Shown here: one piece after another, positions 10,101-19,999 of the stretch | How positions within the stretch are numbered: position 1 is the first letter of the stretch | Layout: each line of letters starts with the position of its first letter | Assembly: GCA_000146045.2 (NCBI GenBank) | Contig: BK006943.2 | Span: 192,001 to 256,000 of the forward strand | Source: TPA_inf: Saccharomyces | Taxonomy: Eukaryota | Reading direction: 5' to 3' | Length of the DNA: 64,000 nucleotides | The notes under the pieces: generated by a model | What the model was told of the DNA's origin: nothing | The model's database searches: none | Seen by the model: only the letters and a program-made list of their open reading frames with translations | Translations under genes and position numbers: made by a program

Positions 10101-11325
10101 AGAAATATACATCCCACATCCGCATGATAGGAGATGTGTAGTCAAGCTAAATAAGGCGTTATATGGTCTAAAACAGAGTCCTAAAGAATGGAATGATCAT
10201 CTAAGACAATACTTGAATGGAATTGGACTGAAAGATAACTCTTATACTCCGGGATTATACCAAACCGAGGATAAAAATCTAATGATTGCAGTCTATGTTG
10301 ATGACTGCGTAATTGCGGCAAGCAATGAACAGAGATTGGATGAATTCATAAACAAATTGAAAAGTAATTTTGAACTGAAAATTACAGGAACATTAATAGA
10401 CGATGTACTCGATACAGATATATTAGGAATGGATCTAGTATACAACAAAAGACTTGGTACTATCGATTTAACATTAAAATCATTCATAAATAGAATGGAT
10501 AAAAAATACAACGAGGAATTGAAAAAGATTAGAAAAAGTTCAATTCCGCATATGTCAACTTATAAAATAGATCCTAAGAAAGACGTACTGCAAATGTCAG
10601 AAGAAGAGTTTAGACAAGGTGTTCTAAAGCTACAACAATTACTAGGTGAACTAAACTATGTCAGACACAAATGCAGATACGACATTGAATTTGCTGTTAA
10701 GAAAGTGGCTAGACTAGTAAATTACCCACATGAAAGAGTCTTTTATATGATTTACAAAATAATCCAGTACTTGGTTCGGTATAAAGATATTGGAATACAC
10801 TATGACCGAGACTGTAATAAAGACAAAAAGGTTATTGCTATAACTGATGCATCAGTTGGATCAGAATATGATGCTCAATCAAGGATTGGAGTTATATTAT
10901 GGTACGGTATGAATATTTTTAATGTTTATTCTAACAAGAGCACAAACAGATGTGTATCATCAACAGAAGCAGAGCTTCATGCCATTTATGAAGGCTATGC
11001 AGACTCAGAAACGTTGAAGGTAACATTAAAGGAGCTAGGAGAAGGAGACAATAATGACATTGTCATGATCACTGACTCAAAGCCAGCCATTCAAGGATTA
11101 AATCGCAGCTATCAACAACCAAAAGAGAAATTCACTTGGATAAAAACTGAAATAATAAAAGAAAAAATTAAAGAGAAGAGTATAAAACTGTTAAAAATTA
11201 CCGGCAAAGGTAATATTGCTGATTTACTAACAAAACCAGTATCAGCATCTGATTTTAAAAGATTTATACAAGTATTAAAAAATAAAATAACATCACAGGA
11301 TATTTTGGCCTCAACAGACTATTGA
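7012..11325 (+). CDS. Ty4 TYB (Pol: protease, integrase, reverse transcriptase, RNase H), expressed as a TYA-TYB fusion by +1 frameshifting
   Basis: Frame-1 ORF. The track calls 7045-11325 (1426 aa). Motifs: IIDTGSG (aspartic protease), H..H..C..C integrase zinc finger plus DDE core, AVYVDDCVIAA (RT YXDD), and ITDAS..E..D RNase H. Confidence 0.9.
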   Translation, partial: RPISQKPIIYKVHRDNNHLSPVQNEQKSWNKTQKRSNKVYNSKKLVIIDTGSGVNITNDKTLLHNYEDSNRSTRFFGIGKNSSVSVKGYGYIKIKNGHNNTDNKCLLTYYVPEEESTIISCYDLAKKTKMVLSRKYTRLGNKIIKIKTKIVNGVIHVKMNELIERPSDDSKINAIKPTSSPGFKLNKRSITLEDAHKRMGHTGIQQIENSIKHNHYEESLDLIKEPNEFWCQTCKISKATKRNHYTGSMNNHSTDHEPGSSWCMDIFGPVSSSNADTKRYMLIMVDNNTRYCMTSTHFNKNAETILAQVRKNIQYVETQFDRKVREINSDRGTEFTNDQIEEYFISKGIHHILTSTQDHAANGRAERYIRTIITDATTLLRQSNLRVKFWEYAVTSATNIRNYLEHKSTGKLPLKAISRQPVTVRLMSFLPFGEKGIIWNHNHKKLKPSGLPSIILCKDPNSYGYKFFIPSKNKIVTSDNYTIPNYTMDGRVRNTQNINKSHQFSSDNDDEEDQIETVTNLCEALENYEDDNKPITRLEDLFTEEELSQIDSNAKYPSPSNNLEGDLDYVFSDVEESGDYDVESELSTTNNSISTDKNKILSNKDFNSELASTEISISGIDKKGLINTSHIDEDKYDEKVHRIPSIIQEKLVGSKNTIKINDENKISDRIRSKNIGSILNTGLSRCVDITDESITNKDESMHNAKPELIQEQLKKTNHETSFPKEGSIGTNVKFRNTNNEISLKTGDTSLPIKTLESINNHHSNDYSTNKVEKFEKENHHPPPIEDIVDMSDQTDMESNCQDGNNLKELKVTDKNVPTDNGTNVSPRLEQNIEASGSPVQTVNKSAFLNKEFSSLNMKRKRKRHDKNNSLTSYELERDKKRSKKNRVKLIPDNMETVSAPKIRAIYYNEAISKNPDLKEKHEYKQAYHKELQNLKDMKVFDVDVKYSRSEIPDNLIVPTNTIFTKKRNGIYKARIVCRGDTQSPDTYSVITTESLNHNHIKIFLMIANNRNMFMKTLDINHAFLYAKLEEEIYIPHPHDRRCVVKLNKALYGLKQSPKEWNDHLRQYLNGIGLKDNSYTPGLYQTEDKNLMIAVYVDDCVIAASNEQRLDEFINKLKSNFELKITGTLIDDVLDTDILGMDLVYNKRLGTIDLTLKSFINRMDKKYNEELKKIRKSSIPHMSTYKIDPKKDVLQMSEEEFRQGVLKLQQLLGELNYVRHKCRYDIEFAVKKVARLVNYPHERVFYMIYKIIQYLVRYKDIGIHYDRDCNKDKKVIAITDASVGSEYDAQSRIGVILWYGMNIFNVYSNKSTNRCVSSTEAELHAIYEGYADSETLKVTLKELGEGDNNDIVMITDSKPAIQGLNRSYQQPKEKFTWIKTEIIKEKIKEKSIKLLKITGKGNIADLLTKPVSASDFKRFIQVLKNKITSQDILASTDY

Positions 11326-11397
11326 TAATTAATTAATGAAGTTCTAAACACACAATGAATATCTGTTGAAGTACAATAATATATCTTTAAGGGAGCA

Positions 11398-11768
11398 TGT
11401 TGGAACGAGAGTAATTAATAGTGACATGAGTTGCTATGGTAACAATCTAATGCTTACATCGTATATTAATGTACAACTCGTATACGTTTAAGTGTGATTG
11501 CGCCTATTGCAGAAGGAATGTTAAACGAGAAGCTCAGACAATACTGAAGCTGTGTTAAAGACCTATTAGTTGAACATGTTATGGTAGGTACATATATGAG
11601 GAATATGAGTCGTCACATCAATGTATAGTAACTACCGGAATCACTATTATATTGGTCATAATTAATATGACCAATCGGCGTGTGTTTTATATACCTCTCT
11701 TATTTAGTATAAGAAGATCAGTACTCACTTCTTCATTAATACTAATTTTTAACCTCTAATTATCAACA
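11398..11768 (+). repeat. Ty4 3' LTR (tau), 371 bp
   Basis: Exact copy of 5545-5915. It is preceded by a purine-rich tract (AAGGGAGCA) and followed by the TATCA target-site duplication at 11769-11773. Confidence 0.95.
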
Positions 11769-11782
11769 TATCAATATATTAT

Positions 11783-12114
11783 TGAAGATTGGGTGAATTT
11801 TGAGATAATTGTTGGGATTCCATTTTTAATAAGGCAATAATATTAGGTATGTAGATATACTAGAAGTTCTCCTCCAGGATTTAGGAATCCATAAAAGGAA
11901 ATCTGCAATTCTACACAATTCTATAAATATTATTATCATCATTTTATATGTTAATATTCATTGATCCTATTACATTATCAATCCTTGCGTTTCAGCTTCC
12001 ACTAATTTAGATGACTATTTCTCATCATTTGCGTCATCTTCTAACACCGTATATGATAATATACTAGTAACGTAAATACTAGTTAGTAGATGATAGTTGA
12101 TTTTTATTCCAACA
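11783..12114 (-). repeat. Complete solo delta (Ty1 LTR, ~332 bp) in inverted orientation, with an ATTAT target-site duplication
   Basis: The reverse complement matches the delta consensus from end to end (TGTTGGAATAAAAATCAACTATCATCTACTAACTAGTATTTACGTTACTAGTATATTATCATATACGGTGTTAGAAGATGACGCAAATGATGAGAAATAGTCATCTAAATTAGTGGAAGCTGAAACGCAAGGATTGATAATGTAATAGGATCAATGAATATTAACATATAAAATGATGATAATAATATTTATAGAATTGTGTAGAATTGCAGATTTCCTTTTATGGATTCCTAAATCCTGGAGGAGAACTTCTAGTATATCTACATACCTAATATTATTGCCTTATTAAAAATGGAATCCCAACAATTATCTCAAAATTCACCCAATCTTCA). It is flanked by ATTAT at 11778-11782 and 12115-12119. Confidence 0.85.
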
Positions 12115-12382
12115 ATTATCATATACGGTGTTAAGATGATGACATAAGTTATGAGAAGCTGTCATCGAAGTTAGAGGAAGCTGAAGTGCAAGGATTGATA
12201 ATGTAATAGGATAATGAAACATATAAAACGGAATGAGGAATAATCGTAATATTAGTATGTAGAAATATAGATTCCATTTTGAGGATTCCTATATCCTCGA
12301 GGAGAACTTCTAGTATATTCTGTATACCTAATATTATACCCTCTATCAACAACAGGATTCCAACAATTATTTCAAAATCCAC
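12115..12382 (+). repeat. Continuation (about nt 46 to the end) of the diverged delta whose first 50 nt are at 5495-5544
   Basis: ATTATCATATACGGTGTTAAGATGATGACATAAGTTATGAGAAGCTGTCATCGAAGTTAGAGGAAGCTGAAGTGCAAGGATTGATAATGTAATAGGATAATGAAACATATAAAACGGAATGAGGAATAATCG...GAGGAGAACTTCTAGTATATTCTGTATACCTAATATTATACCC...CCAACAATTATTTCAAAATCCACCCATATCTCA aligns to the delta consensus at about 80% identity. Confidence 0.6.
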
Positions 12383-12399
12383 CCATATCTCAGATTTCA

Positions 12400-12520
12400 C
12401 ATCAGTATTGATTAAAATATTAATTGCTACCAGTTCTAATAAATCTAATGTTTACATCATATAGTAATATATCTTTTGAGAAATGTGACTGGCGTTATAC
12501 AGAAACCGAATTACACGTTT
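12400..12520 (+). repeat. Diverged tau-like (Ty4 LTR) remnant
   Basis: ..ATTGCTACCAGTTCTAATAAATCTAATGTTTACATCATATAGTAATATATCTTTTGAGAAATGTGACTGGCGTTATACAGAAACCG.. resembles the tau segment GTTGCTATGGTAACAATCTAATGCTTACATCGTATATTAATGTACAACTCGTATACGTTTAAGTGTGATTGCGCCTATTGCAGAAGG. I aligned this by eye only. Confidence 0.3.
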
Positions 12521-12734
12521 TAAATACTAATTATTAAAATTTATCCTGATAAGTTGATCTTTATTTCCGTACAGCACAACCGATAGAGGAGATGTTTAAA
12601 GTGTTTAAGCTCACTTTATAGGGTGAAACACATTTTGACGACCGTAAAAGGTCATTTGATTTGGTATTGAGGTCGAGAAAATATTTTCAAATAGTGAAGG
12701 ATACATTAAACACGCTCACAAAACAACATAAAAA

Positions 12735-12806
12735 TCCGTGATAGTTTAATGGTCAGAATGGGCGCTTGTCGCGTGCCAGATCGGGGTTCAATTCCCCGTC
12801 GCGGAG
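12735..12806 (+). tRNA. tD(GUC)J: tRNA-Asp(GUC)
   Basis: TCCGTGATAGTTTAATGGTCAGAATGGGCGCTTGTCGCGTGCCAGATCGGGGTTCAATTCCCCGTCGCGGAG matches the classic yeast tRNA-Asp sequence, with anticodon GTC. It is followed by a T9 Pol III terminator at 12809-12817. Confidence 0.95.
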
Positions 12807-13304
12807 ATTTTTTTTGGCCCTTGATGACTGTTCTGGTACAATTTCCACCTTGAATGAGGGTATAAGATACCGATGATATATATTCAGACTATTTCTACGA
12901 CACAGAAAAACAATCGACCAAGCCGTCCTTGAACATGCTGCAGAACTTCCTTTTTTTTATTTTTTTTGGCTCATCTACGTAATCCTATTATCTTTTATTA
13001 AATTTTGAAGCTATGAGTTTCTTTCCAGCGACTTGGAACCAATAGTTGACAGTGAGTGCATACTTGAGTATTTTCCCCCTACATTGTACAGTCCTCCTCA
13101 GACCTGGTATCCCTGTTTAATGTGGTCGCTCATCGGACTTTTCCGTCCGATAGGAATTCGCTCAACTTTGACAGGCGGAACTACTTTCACATCGATTTTC
13201 TCAGGAAAGACGGCGTAAACAAGAGAAGAAATTAACTTTCTACAGAAAGTACAACCATATAAACCCTTCGTAGAGCTCCAATTAGTAGCAAATAATGACA
13301 AATA

Positions 13305-15449
13305 ATGTCAGTGAACGACCAAATAACTCATATAGGAAAAACATTGTCCACAACGGCTTCCGCTTTTTTAAACTACCAAAAATCGAACAGCAACACTCAA
13401 GATGTACTGACCAATAATGGGCCTTATAAGAATTTATTATCAAATACCGTCAACAATGCGAGCTCAACTTCATACTTTTACAAGAGGACTGAACACGGTC
13501 GCTTTGTAAAAAATGCATCTAACACTTTTGAGGATATTTACTCCAAGACAAGAAGGGGCGATGTATTCAGGAACAAGTTCACAGACAACAAAACATGCTT
13601 CAGAATGCTCACGTACATAAGTGATGATTTGTTGAACGAGATCCCAACTAAGGAAGGTCTCAAAAGTGATGCAGATGGCAAGCTTCTAACCGAAGGAGGC
13701 GAAAATGAAAATCTCAGGAAGAACGCATCCAAAAAAGAAACATCGCTGTTTCAGGGCTTTAAAAGCTACCTACCAATAGCGGAGCTTGCCATTGAAAACA
13801 CTGAAAGATTAAACTATGATACAAATGGTACAAGCGGTACGGTTGGTGCGAAAGATGTTATGTCTAAAACAAATGAGCGAGATGAAATTCACACAGAGCT
13901 TCCTAACTTCCAAGATTCATTTCTCATACCGCCTGGGGTAGAAACTAAAAAAATAAGCTCCTCTTATTCTCCTAGTGCATTAAAAAGTTTTTCTCAAACT
14001 CTTGTAAATAGTTTAGAGTTTTTAAATATTCAGAAAAATTCTACGTTATCCGAAATAAGAGACATTGAAGTTGAAGTTGAGAATCTGAGACAAAAGAAAG
14101 AGAAACTGTTGGGTAAAATTGCGAACATAGAGCAAAATCAATTACTATTGGAAGACAACCTCAAACAGATTGATGATAGGTTGGACTTTTTAGAAGAGTA
14201 CGGATTGGAGGTGATCGAAGCTAATAGCGACGAAAATGCAGAAGATGATGGTATGAGTGAGCGAAAGGCCCTTAAAAATGATGCTATAAGAAATGAGGGT
14301 GTCACCACAGAGAGCATATCATCAGAGGCTTCTAATCTACCTCCAAGGAGAAGGCAACAACTTCGAGACGATAACTCATTGAATAGATTAGGTGCCTTTT
14401 ATAGCAAATCCAAAAAAAGACACAGAAAAAGCTTCCCAACATTCCAGCAGCTTTACGAGCCAGGAACAAAAATTGGCTCTATAATGTCCACTCACGATGA
14501 TTTCCTCACTTGCCTAGATTTTGATGCGCCCTTTGGTACCTTATGTACAGCCGGATATCTTGATCACACGGTAAAAATTTGGGATTTATCCAAACAAAAC
14601 AAAATTGGAGAACTAGCAGGACATCTTGCTACAATTAATTGTATGCAAATCAATCGTGACTACGGAACTCTTGTTACTGGTGGTAGAGATGCGGCTTTAA
14701 AATTATGGAATTTGAATTTAGCTCAACAACTTTACCAGGAAACGCAAAATCTTACCTCTCCTACAAATCATATTGATTCTCCATGTGTTCATACATTTGA
14801 GGCGCATACAGATGAGGTTACTGCATTATCATTAGATCCTAGTTTCTTGGTGAGTGGTTCACAGGATAGAACAATTAGGCAATGGGACTTACGTTCCGGG
14901 AAGTGCTTGCAAACCATTGATCTGAGCTTTGCAAATGTCTTAACAACATCCACTAATGTCGATTTATCAAAGAGCACACTTCTTACTCAAAGAAATGAGA
15001 GGCCTAGTATAGGTGCACTACAAAGTTTTGATGCAGCGCTAGCAACGGGTACAAAAGATGGTGTTGTAAGGCTATGGGATTTAAGATCCGGAAAGGTGAT
15101 TCGTACTTTGAAAGGGCATACAGATGCCATAACGTCATTAAAATTTGATTCCGCGTGCCTGGTCACAGGTTCATACGACAGAACAGTTAGAATCTGGGAC
15201 TTAAGAACTGGGTTGTTGAATAAGTTTCATGCGTACAGTGCGCCAGTTCTTTCGTTAGATCTCTTCCAAGAGAACGCTGCAGTCGTTGTCGCAGACGAAC
15301 CAAGTGTCCAGATATACGATAGCGAAAAGGATGAAAGCTGGTCTTGCGTCGAACAAGGTAACGAGACTAGCGTTAGTACCGTTAAGTATAAAGAAAATTA
15401 CATGGTTGAGGGTCGTGAAAATGGGGACGTAAATATTTGGGCCGTATGA
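13305..15449 (+). CDS. MDV1: MDV1 (YJL112W), mitochondrial division adaptor (Fis1/Dnm1-interacting WD40 protein)
   Basis: 714 aa. It has an N-terminal extension, a central coiled coil (..EIRDIEVEVENLRQKKEKLLGKIANIEQNQLLLEDNLKQIDDRLDFLEE..) and a C-terminal WD40 propeller (repeated GH..D....WDL motifs). Confidence 0.85.
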   Translation: MSVNDQITHIGKTLSTTASAFLNYQKSNSNTQDVLTNNGPYKNLLSNTVNNASSTSYFYKRTEHGRFVKNASNTFEDIYSKTRRGDVFRNKFTDNKTCFRMLTYISDDLLNEIPTKEGLKSDADGKLLTEGGENENLRKNASKKETSLFQGFKSYLPIAELAIENTERLNYDTNGTSGTVGAKDVMSKTNERDEIHTELPNFQDSFLIPPGVETKKISSSYSPSALKSFSQTLVNSLEFLNIQKNSTLSEIRDIEVEVENLRQKKEKLLGKIANIEQNQLLLEDNLKQIDDRLDFLEEYGLEVIEANSDENAEDDGMSERKALKNDAIRNEGVTTESISSEASNLPPRRRQQLRDDNSLNRLGAFYSKSKKRHRKSFPTFQQLYEPGTKIGSIMSTHDDFLTCLDFDAPFGTLCTAGYLDHTVKIWDLSKQNKIGELAGHLATINCMQINRDYGTLVTGGRDAALKLWNLNLAQQLYQETQNLTSPTNHIDSPCVHTFEAHTDEVTALSLDPSFLVSGSQDRTIRQWDLRSGKCLQTIDLSFANVLTTSTNVDLSKSTLLTQRNERPSIGALQSFDAALATGTKDGVVRLWDLRSGKVIRTLKGHTDAITSLKFDSACLVTGSYDRTVRIWDLRTGLLNKFHAYSAPVLSLDLFQENAAVVVADEPSVQIYDSEKDESWSCVEQGNETSVSTVKYKENYMVEGRENGDVNIWAV

Positions 15450-15876
15450 TAGGCATTGCATTGCAATCAAGTCAACCCATTTGAAGAAAAATAAATATCG
15501 AGTGCATATGTGAATAGCTGCTCGCTCAGATATATATAAATAAATATTCGTTCTGGAATGTAAATAAAGTATCGTCAATACCTTGGATGGTTTATCAGCG
15601 AAATCGGTGCTGTAGATGTTGCCCTGTCATATTACTACAGATGTCTTGGAAGCAATCACCATACCTGCATTATCCTTACCCGGAAAAAGAAAACTTTCGT
15701 GAATAATGATTAATATTTAAGTGGCGACTTTTTCATCCTTGCTATTGAAAAAAAAAAAAATGAATAATTGTTATTAAGCGTTAGCAGATGCCAAATTGTC
15801 GAAATGATTTCAAATACAGAGAATTAGCCGCAAATATTAAGTAGTACCTGAATCACGAGACATACAACTCGGAAAA

Positions 15877-17529
15877 ATGAACTTTGGAAGCCAAACACCT
15901 ACAATTGTGGTTCTAAAAGAGGGAACAGACGCATCTCAAGGTAAAGGTCAAATCATCTCTAATATCAATGCCTGTGTTGCAGTCCAAGAGGCATTGAAAC
16001 CAACTTTAGGTCCCTTAGGTTCTGATATTTTAATTGTGACATCGAATCAAAAGACTACTATTTCTAACGATGGTGCCACGATCCTAAAATTATTAGATGT
16101 AGTACATCCTGCTGCCAAAACTTTAGTGGATATTTCTAGAGCTCAGGATGCCGAGGTGGGTGATGGTACAACTAGTGTAACCATTTTAGCTGGTGAGTTA
16201 ATGAAAGAAGCCAAGCCCTTTTTGGAAGAAGGCATTTCATCTCATTTGATTATGAAGGGCTACAGAAAGGCCGTTTCTTTAGCTGTGGAGAAGATTAACG
16301 AATTAGCTGTGGATATTACTTCAGAGAAAAGCAGTGGCAGAGAATTACTTGAACGCTGTGCTAGAACTGCAATGTCGTCGAAATTGATTCATAATAATGC
16401 AGATTTTTTTGTTAAAATGTGTGTTGACGCCGTGCTATCCCTTGATAGAAACGATTTGGATGACAAATTAATAGGTATTAAAAAAATTCCAGGTGGTGCT
16501 ATGGAAGAATCTCTTTTCATCAACGGTGTCGCCTTTAAGAAGACATTTTCGTATGCTGGATTTGAACAGCAACCCAAAAAGTTCAACAATCCTAAAATTT
16601 TAAGTTTGAATGTAGAACTGGAGTTGAAAGCAGAGAAAGACAATGCTGAAGTACGTGTAGAACATGTTGAAGATTACCAAGCTATTGTAGATGCGGAGTG
16701 GCAATTAATCTTTGAAAAGCTAAGACAAGTGGAAGAAACAGGTGCCAATATTGTACTATCAAAGTTACCTATCGGCGATTTGGCTACTCAATTTTTTGCT
16801 GATAGAAATATTTTCTGCGCTGGTAGAGTGAGCGCAGATGATATGAATCGTGTCATCCAAGCTGTTGGAGGCTCTATACAATCTACTACTTCAGATATAA
16901 AACCAGAGCATTTGGGTACTTGTGCTTTGTTTGAGGAAATGCAAATCGGGTCAGAACGCTACAATTTATTCCAAGGTTGCCCACAAGCTAAAACATGTAC
17001 ATTATTATTAAGAGGAGGTGCTGAGCAAGTTATTGCCGAGGTTGAGAGATCATTGCACGATGCAATCATGATAGTTAAGAGAGCGTTACAAAATAAACTG
17101 ATCGTTGCTGGTGGTGGTGCTACAGAAATGGAAGTATCAAAATGCTTGAGAGATTATTCAAAAACCATAGCTGGTAAGCAACAAATGATAATCAATGCCT
17201 TCGCTAAGGCTTTAGAAGTTATTCCAAGGCAACTCTGTGAAAATGCTGGGTTTGATGCTATAGAAATATTAAACAAACTAAGATTGGCTCACAGCAAAGG
17301 TGAGAAATGGTATGGTGTTGTCTTTGAAACAGAAAATATTGGCGATAATTTTGCCAAATTCGTATGGGAACCTGCTTTAGTAAAAATCAATGCTTTGAAC
17401 AGTGCCACAGAGGCTACTAACTTGATTTTATCTGTTGACGAGACGATCACTAATAAAGGTAGTGAAAGTGCCAATGCTGGCATGATGCCTCCCCAAGGGG
17501 CTGGAAGAGGGAGAGGTATGCCAATGTAA
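15877..17529 (+). CDS. CCT7: CCT7 (YJL111W), cytosolic chaperonin CCT/TRiC subunit eta
   Basis: 550 aa. Group II chaperonin signatures are present: [10 protein letters not shown], ..[10 protein letters not shown].., [14 protein letters not shown]-binding motifs and [12 protein letters not shown]. It ends in a Gly/Arg/Met-rich tail. Confidence 0.9.
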   Translation: MNFGSQTPTIVVLKEGTDASQGKGQIISNINACVAVQEALKPTLGPLGSDILIVTSNQKTTISNDGATILKLLDVVHPAAKTLVDISRAQDAEVGDGTTSVTILAGELMKEAKPFLEEGISSHLIMKGYRKAVSLAVEKINELAVDITSEKSSGRELLERCARTAMSSKLIHNNADFFVKMCVDAVLSLDRNDLDDKLIGIKKIPGGAMEESLFINGVAFKKTFSYAGFEQQPKKFNNPKILSLNVELELKAEKDNAEVRVEHVEDYQAIVDAEWQLIFEKLRQVEETGANIVLSKLPIGDLATQFFADRNIFCAGRVSADDMNRVIQAVGGSIQSTTSDIKPEHLGTCALFEEMQIGSERYNLFQGCPQAKTCTLLLRGGAEQVIAEVERSLHDAIMIVKRALQNKLIVAGGGATEMEVSKCLRDYSKTIAGKQQMIINAFAKALEVIPRQLCENAGFDAIEILNKLRLAHSKGEKWYGVVFETENIGDNFAKFVWEPALVKINALNSATEATNLILSVDETITNKGSESANAGMMPPQGAGRGRGMPM

Positions 17530-17921
17530 TTAACACTCTAAAAAACATGTGCTGCATACATTTTATTATTACTCTTTTTGCAGTAGTTATTTGCATCAAA
17601 GGTAATTTCTTTCAATCATAAATAAGTTAATACTGTATTGATAAAACCTTATTCTTTTCTTTTGTATACTCTGTATCTTAAAGTAATTCTAGGTCTAAAG
17701 AAAAATGAAAGAAGTAATGAAAACTCCGAGAAACAAATCATATCATTGGTCGTCATCCGGGTTGGATGTCATGCAGCTGCATTCCATTTCTTCGGCAAAA
17801 TGTACGTAATATTCGATTAGAACCCTGTTTTGCAACTGATTATGCTACTATGTATTTATATATGCATACATATGATGATATTATATTTGAAAAATGATGC
17901 TGATTTTTTTGAAAAAAAGAT

Positions 17922-19577
17922 CTATCCTCCTTTATTCCCTTCTTGTTTTACTGTCCTTTGCAAACGTTCCTCAAGAGCTCGACATTTCCCGTCTAATTCA
18001 TTGATATGTCTCCTATATAAATCTGTAACAAGTTCTAACTCATTTATTCTAGTTTTGAGCTTTATAATTTCTTCTTCTTTGTGCAATTTAGTGGATAACT
18101 GATCACCTAAATCTTTAGCTGGGTGATTTTCAAATTTTCGTCCAGAAACATCAGAACTAGAAACACTATTTGAGATGGATTGTGAATTTGCTTTGGATAT
18201 ACAGGGAGCTTTAGAAGATTGTAGAAACGGTATGAAATGAGGCGGTGTCGTCTCGGTTTTCACGTTGCTAATCGCACGATCTCTCGTCTCAAGCATGTCG
18301 TTAATAGAAGCCATGTGGAAAGATAAAGGGGCTGGGTCGTTACGCTTAGCAGATATTATATCTGGGGAAGACATCGTCGATCTAATTTGATTCGGTACCT
18401 CGGATGGATTAGAGTCAGTCGTCCGTGAAGAAGTGGGTGCCAGAGTTGCGGCGGTAGAGGCAATACCATTATTGCAATTGGACACTATTTCACTTCCGTT
18501 ATTTGATATTGAAGTACTGCTCAAGCTTCCAAGCAGCATTGATAAGTGAGGTAATTGAGGAGAATCTGCGCCTGTTTTTGATGTTACTGAATGTGAAGCA
18601 TTGAGGGGGAAAGAGGCTGCGTTGAATTGCGACCGTTCTTTGATAAAAGCAGATTGGTGTGCAGAATTTGAATACTCTTTAACGTCCGTATAACTTGGGA
18701 ACGTAAGTAACTTCTCTTGGTATATAGCAGTATCTTGTTTGGGCAGTTTAGGCTTTAAGTTTGGTCTCGAACAATCTCCCGACATCAGTACCTCTAATTT
18801 TGTTGCTGATAGGTGAGAATCGCTTCTTTCCTTAGACTCCGTTTTTGGCTTCTTGGATATCTTCGCAGTAGATGATGTTCCCATTAAAAGTTGCGAACTT
18901 TTTTTCTTTTTATCTTCAGATGTTACTCTGTTAGCTTTGCGACCGCTTGATTCTATATTACAATCACCCTTAAGCTCTGCAATCAGCGTCTGATTCCGAA
19001 AGTTGTCCAGATTATGTGCATGATTTGTATTACTTTTCCTATTTCGAGACTTTATTACATCAGTTTTCAAACTAATTGGCCTGGGTTTCCCATGAAGCTT
19101 TAAAAAGAGACCACACGCATTACAAAGCATAGCTCCATGCTCATCTCTTCTCCATAATGGTGTTGTAGAGGTTAAACAGTTCTTACAAACAGGAACATTA
19201 GCATCATTGGATACGTTATTATTGCAATTGGCATCCATTGTTTGTCCATTATTCTTAACTTGATTTTTAGGTAATATATGGTGTAATGAATTCGTATCCG
19301 GACTCATTCTTCCAGCAGTAGATGTGGAAAAAGACTTGTCATTCGCCTTAAAATTCATATTGTTGCTTATTGACGCTCCTGCTTGCGATTCACGCAATTG
19401 AACTGCCGATTTTTGCTCGGCAGATACTGCTTCATAACCTAAAGGTGGCCATCTCCCAATATGCCCTTCTTCTTCGCTTTGATTTAAGCTGTTGAGGTTT
19501 TCACTTGATTTTGGTTCAAATACATTATCTCGTTTTCTAATGTTATAGCCTCGAAGAGTTGTAGCCTGCGATGCCAT
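17922..19577 (-). CDS. GZF3: GZF3 (YJL110C), GATA zinc-finger repressor of nitrogen catabolite-repressed genes (DAL80 paralog)
   Basis: It has a GATA finger, [37 protein letters not shown], and a C-terminal leucine-zipper coiled coil. The track ORF (19604) starts at GTG. The first ATG at 19577 gives the annotated 551 aa ([15 protein letters not shown]..). Confidence 0.85.
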   Translation of the reverse strand: MASQATTLRGYNIRKRDNVFEPKSSENLNSLNQSEEEGHIGRWPPLGYEAVSAEQKSAVQLRESQAGASISNNMNFKANDKSFSTSTAGRMSPDTNSLHHILPKNQVKNNGQTMDANCNNNVSNDANVPVCKNCLTSTTPLWRRDEHGAMLCNACGLFLKLHGKPRPISLKTDVIKSRNRKSNTNHAHNLDNFRNQTLIAELKGDCNIESSGRKANRVTSEDKKKKSSQLLMGTSSTAKISKKPKTESKERSDSHLSATKLEVLMSGDCSRPNLKPKLPKQDTAIYQEKLLTFPSYTDVKEYSNSAHQSAFIKERSQFNAASFPLNASHSVTSKTGADSPQLPHLSMLLGSLSSTSISNNGSEIVSNCNNGIASTAATLAPTSSRTTDSNPSEVPNQIRSTMSSPDIISAKRNDPAPLSFHMASINDMLETRDRAISNVKTETTPPHFIPFLQSSKAPCISKANSQSISNSVSSSDVSGRKFENHPAKDLGDQLSTKLHKEEEIIKLKTRINELELVTDLYRRHINELDGKCRALEERLQRTVKQEGNKGG

Positions 19578-19999
19578 AATATTACCAGTAGAATTGTAGA
19601 GCACAGTACAAATACCCGAAATGATATTCGTATATCTAGTATTATAGCTTCAACCGCTTGCAATATGTTCTCTTTCAAACTACCTTATTATCAAGCCTAT
19701 ATCTTATTTTTCACTGATTAGGATTGATAAGCGCAGATAAGCGAAGATAAGAAAATTTTCACTCTGTTCGCCCGCTATTTAGGATCAGTAATTTTAGTAA
19801 CGTTAATCACTAGGAACGACGAGAAAGATGACAGAATAATATCTCATTGAAACTTGAAGTAGCGTAATTGAAATATTAAGTTCAAACTCAGAAAGGGGCA
19901 GCTATCACGAATGAATAACAATATTTTCAATGAAAGATTTCGTTCAACAGCATAGTGTTTTACTTTACAAAAATTTACATAATACTTCACCTTTTTTTT

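Larger units (their letters stand above)
5545..11768 (+). mobile_element. Full-length Ty4 LTR retrotransposon (copia/Ty1 group), 6224 bp. It corresponds to YJLWTy4-1 (YJL114W/YJL113W).
   Basis: It has identical 371-bp direct repeats at 5545-5915 and 11398-11768 (TGTTGG...CAACA), a 5-bp target-site duplication (TATCA), a tRNA-Asn primer-binding site right after the 5' LTR, a gag-like ORF, and a +1-frameshifted pol with the order PR (IIDTGSG), IN (HHCC plus DDE), RT (YVDD), RNase H. Confidence 0.95.
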
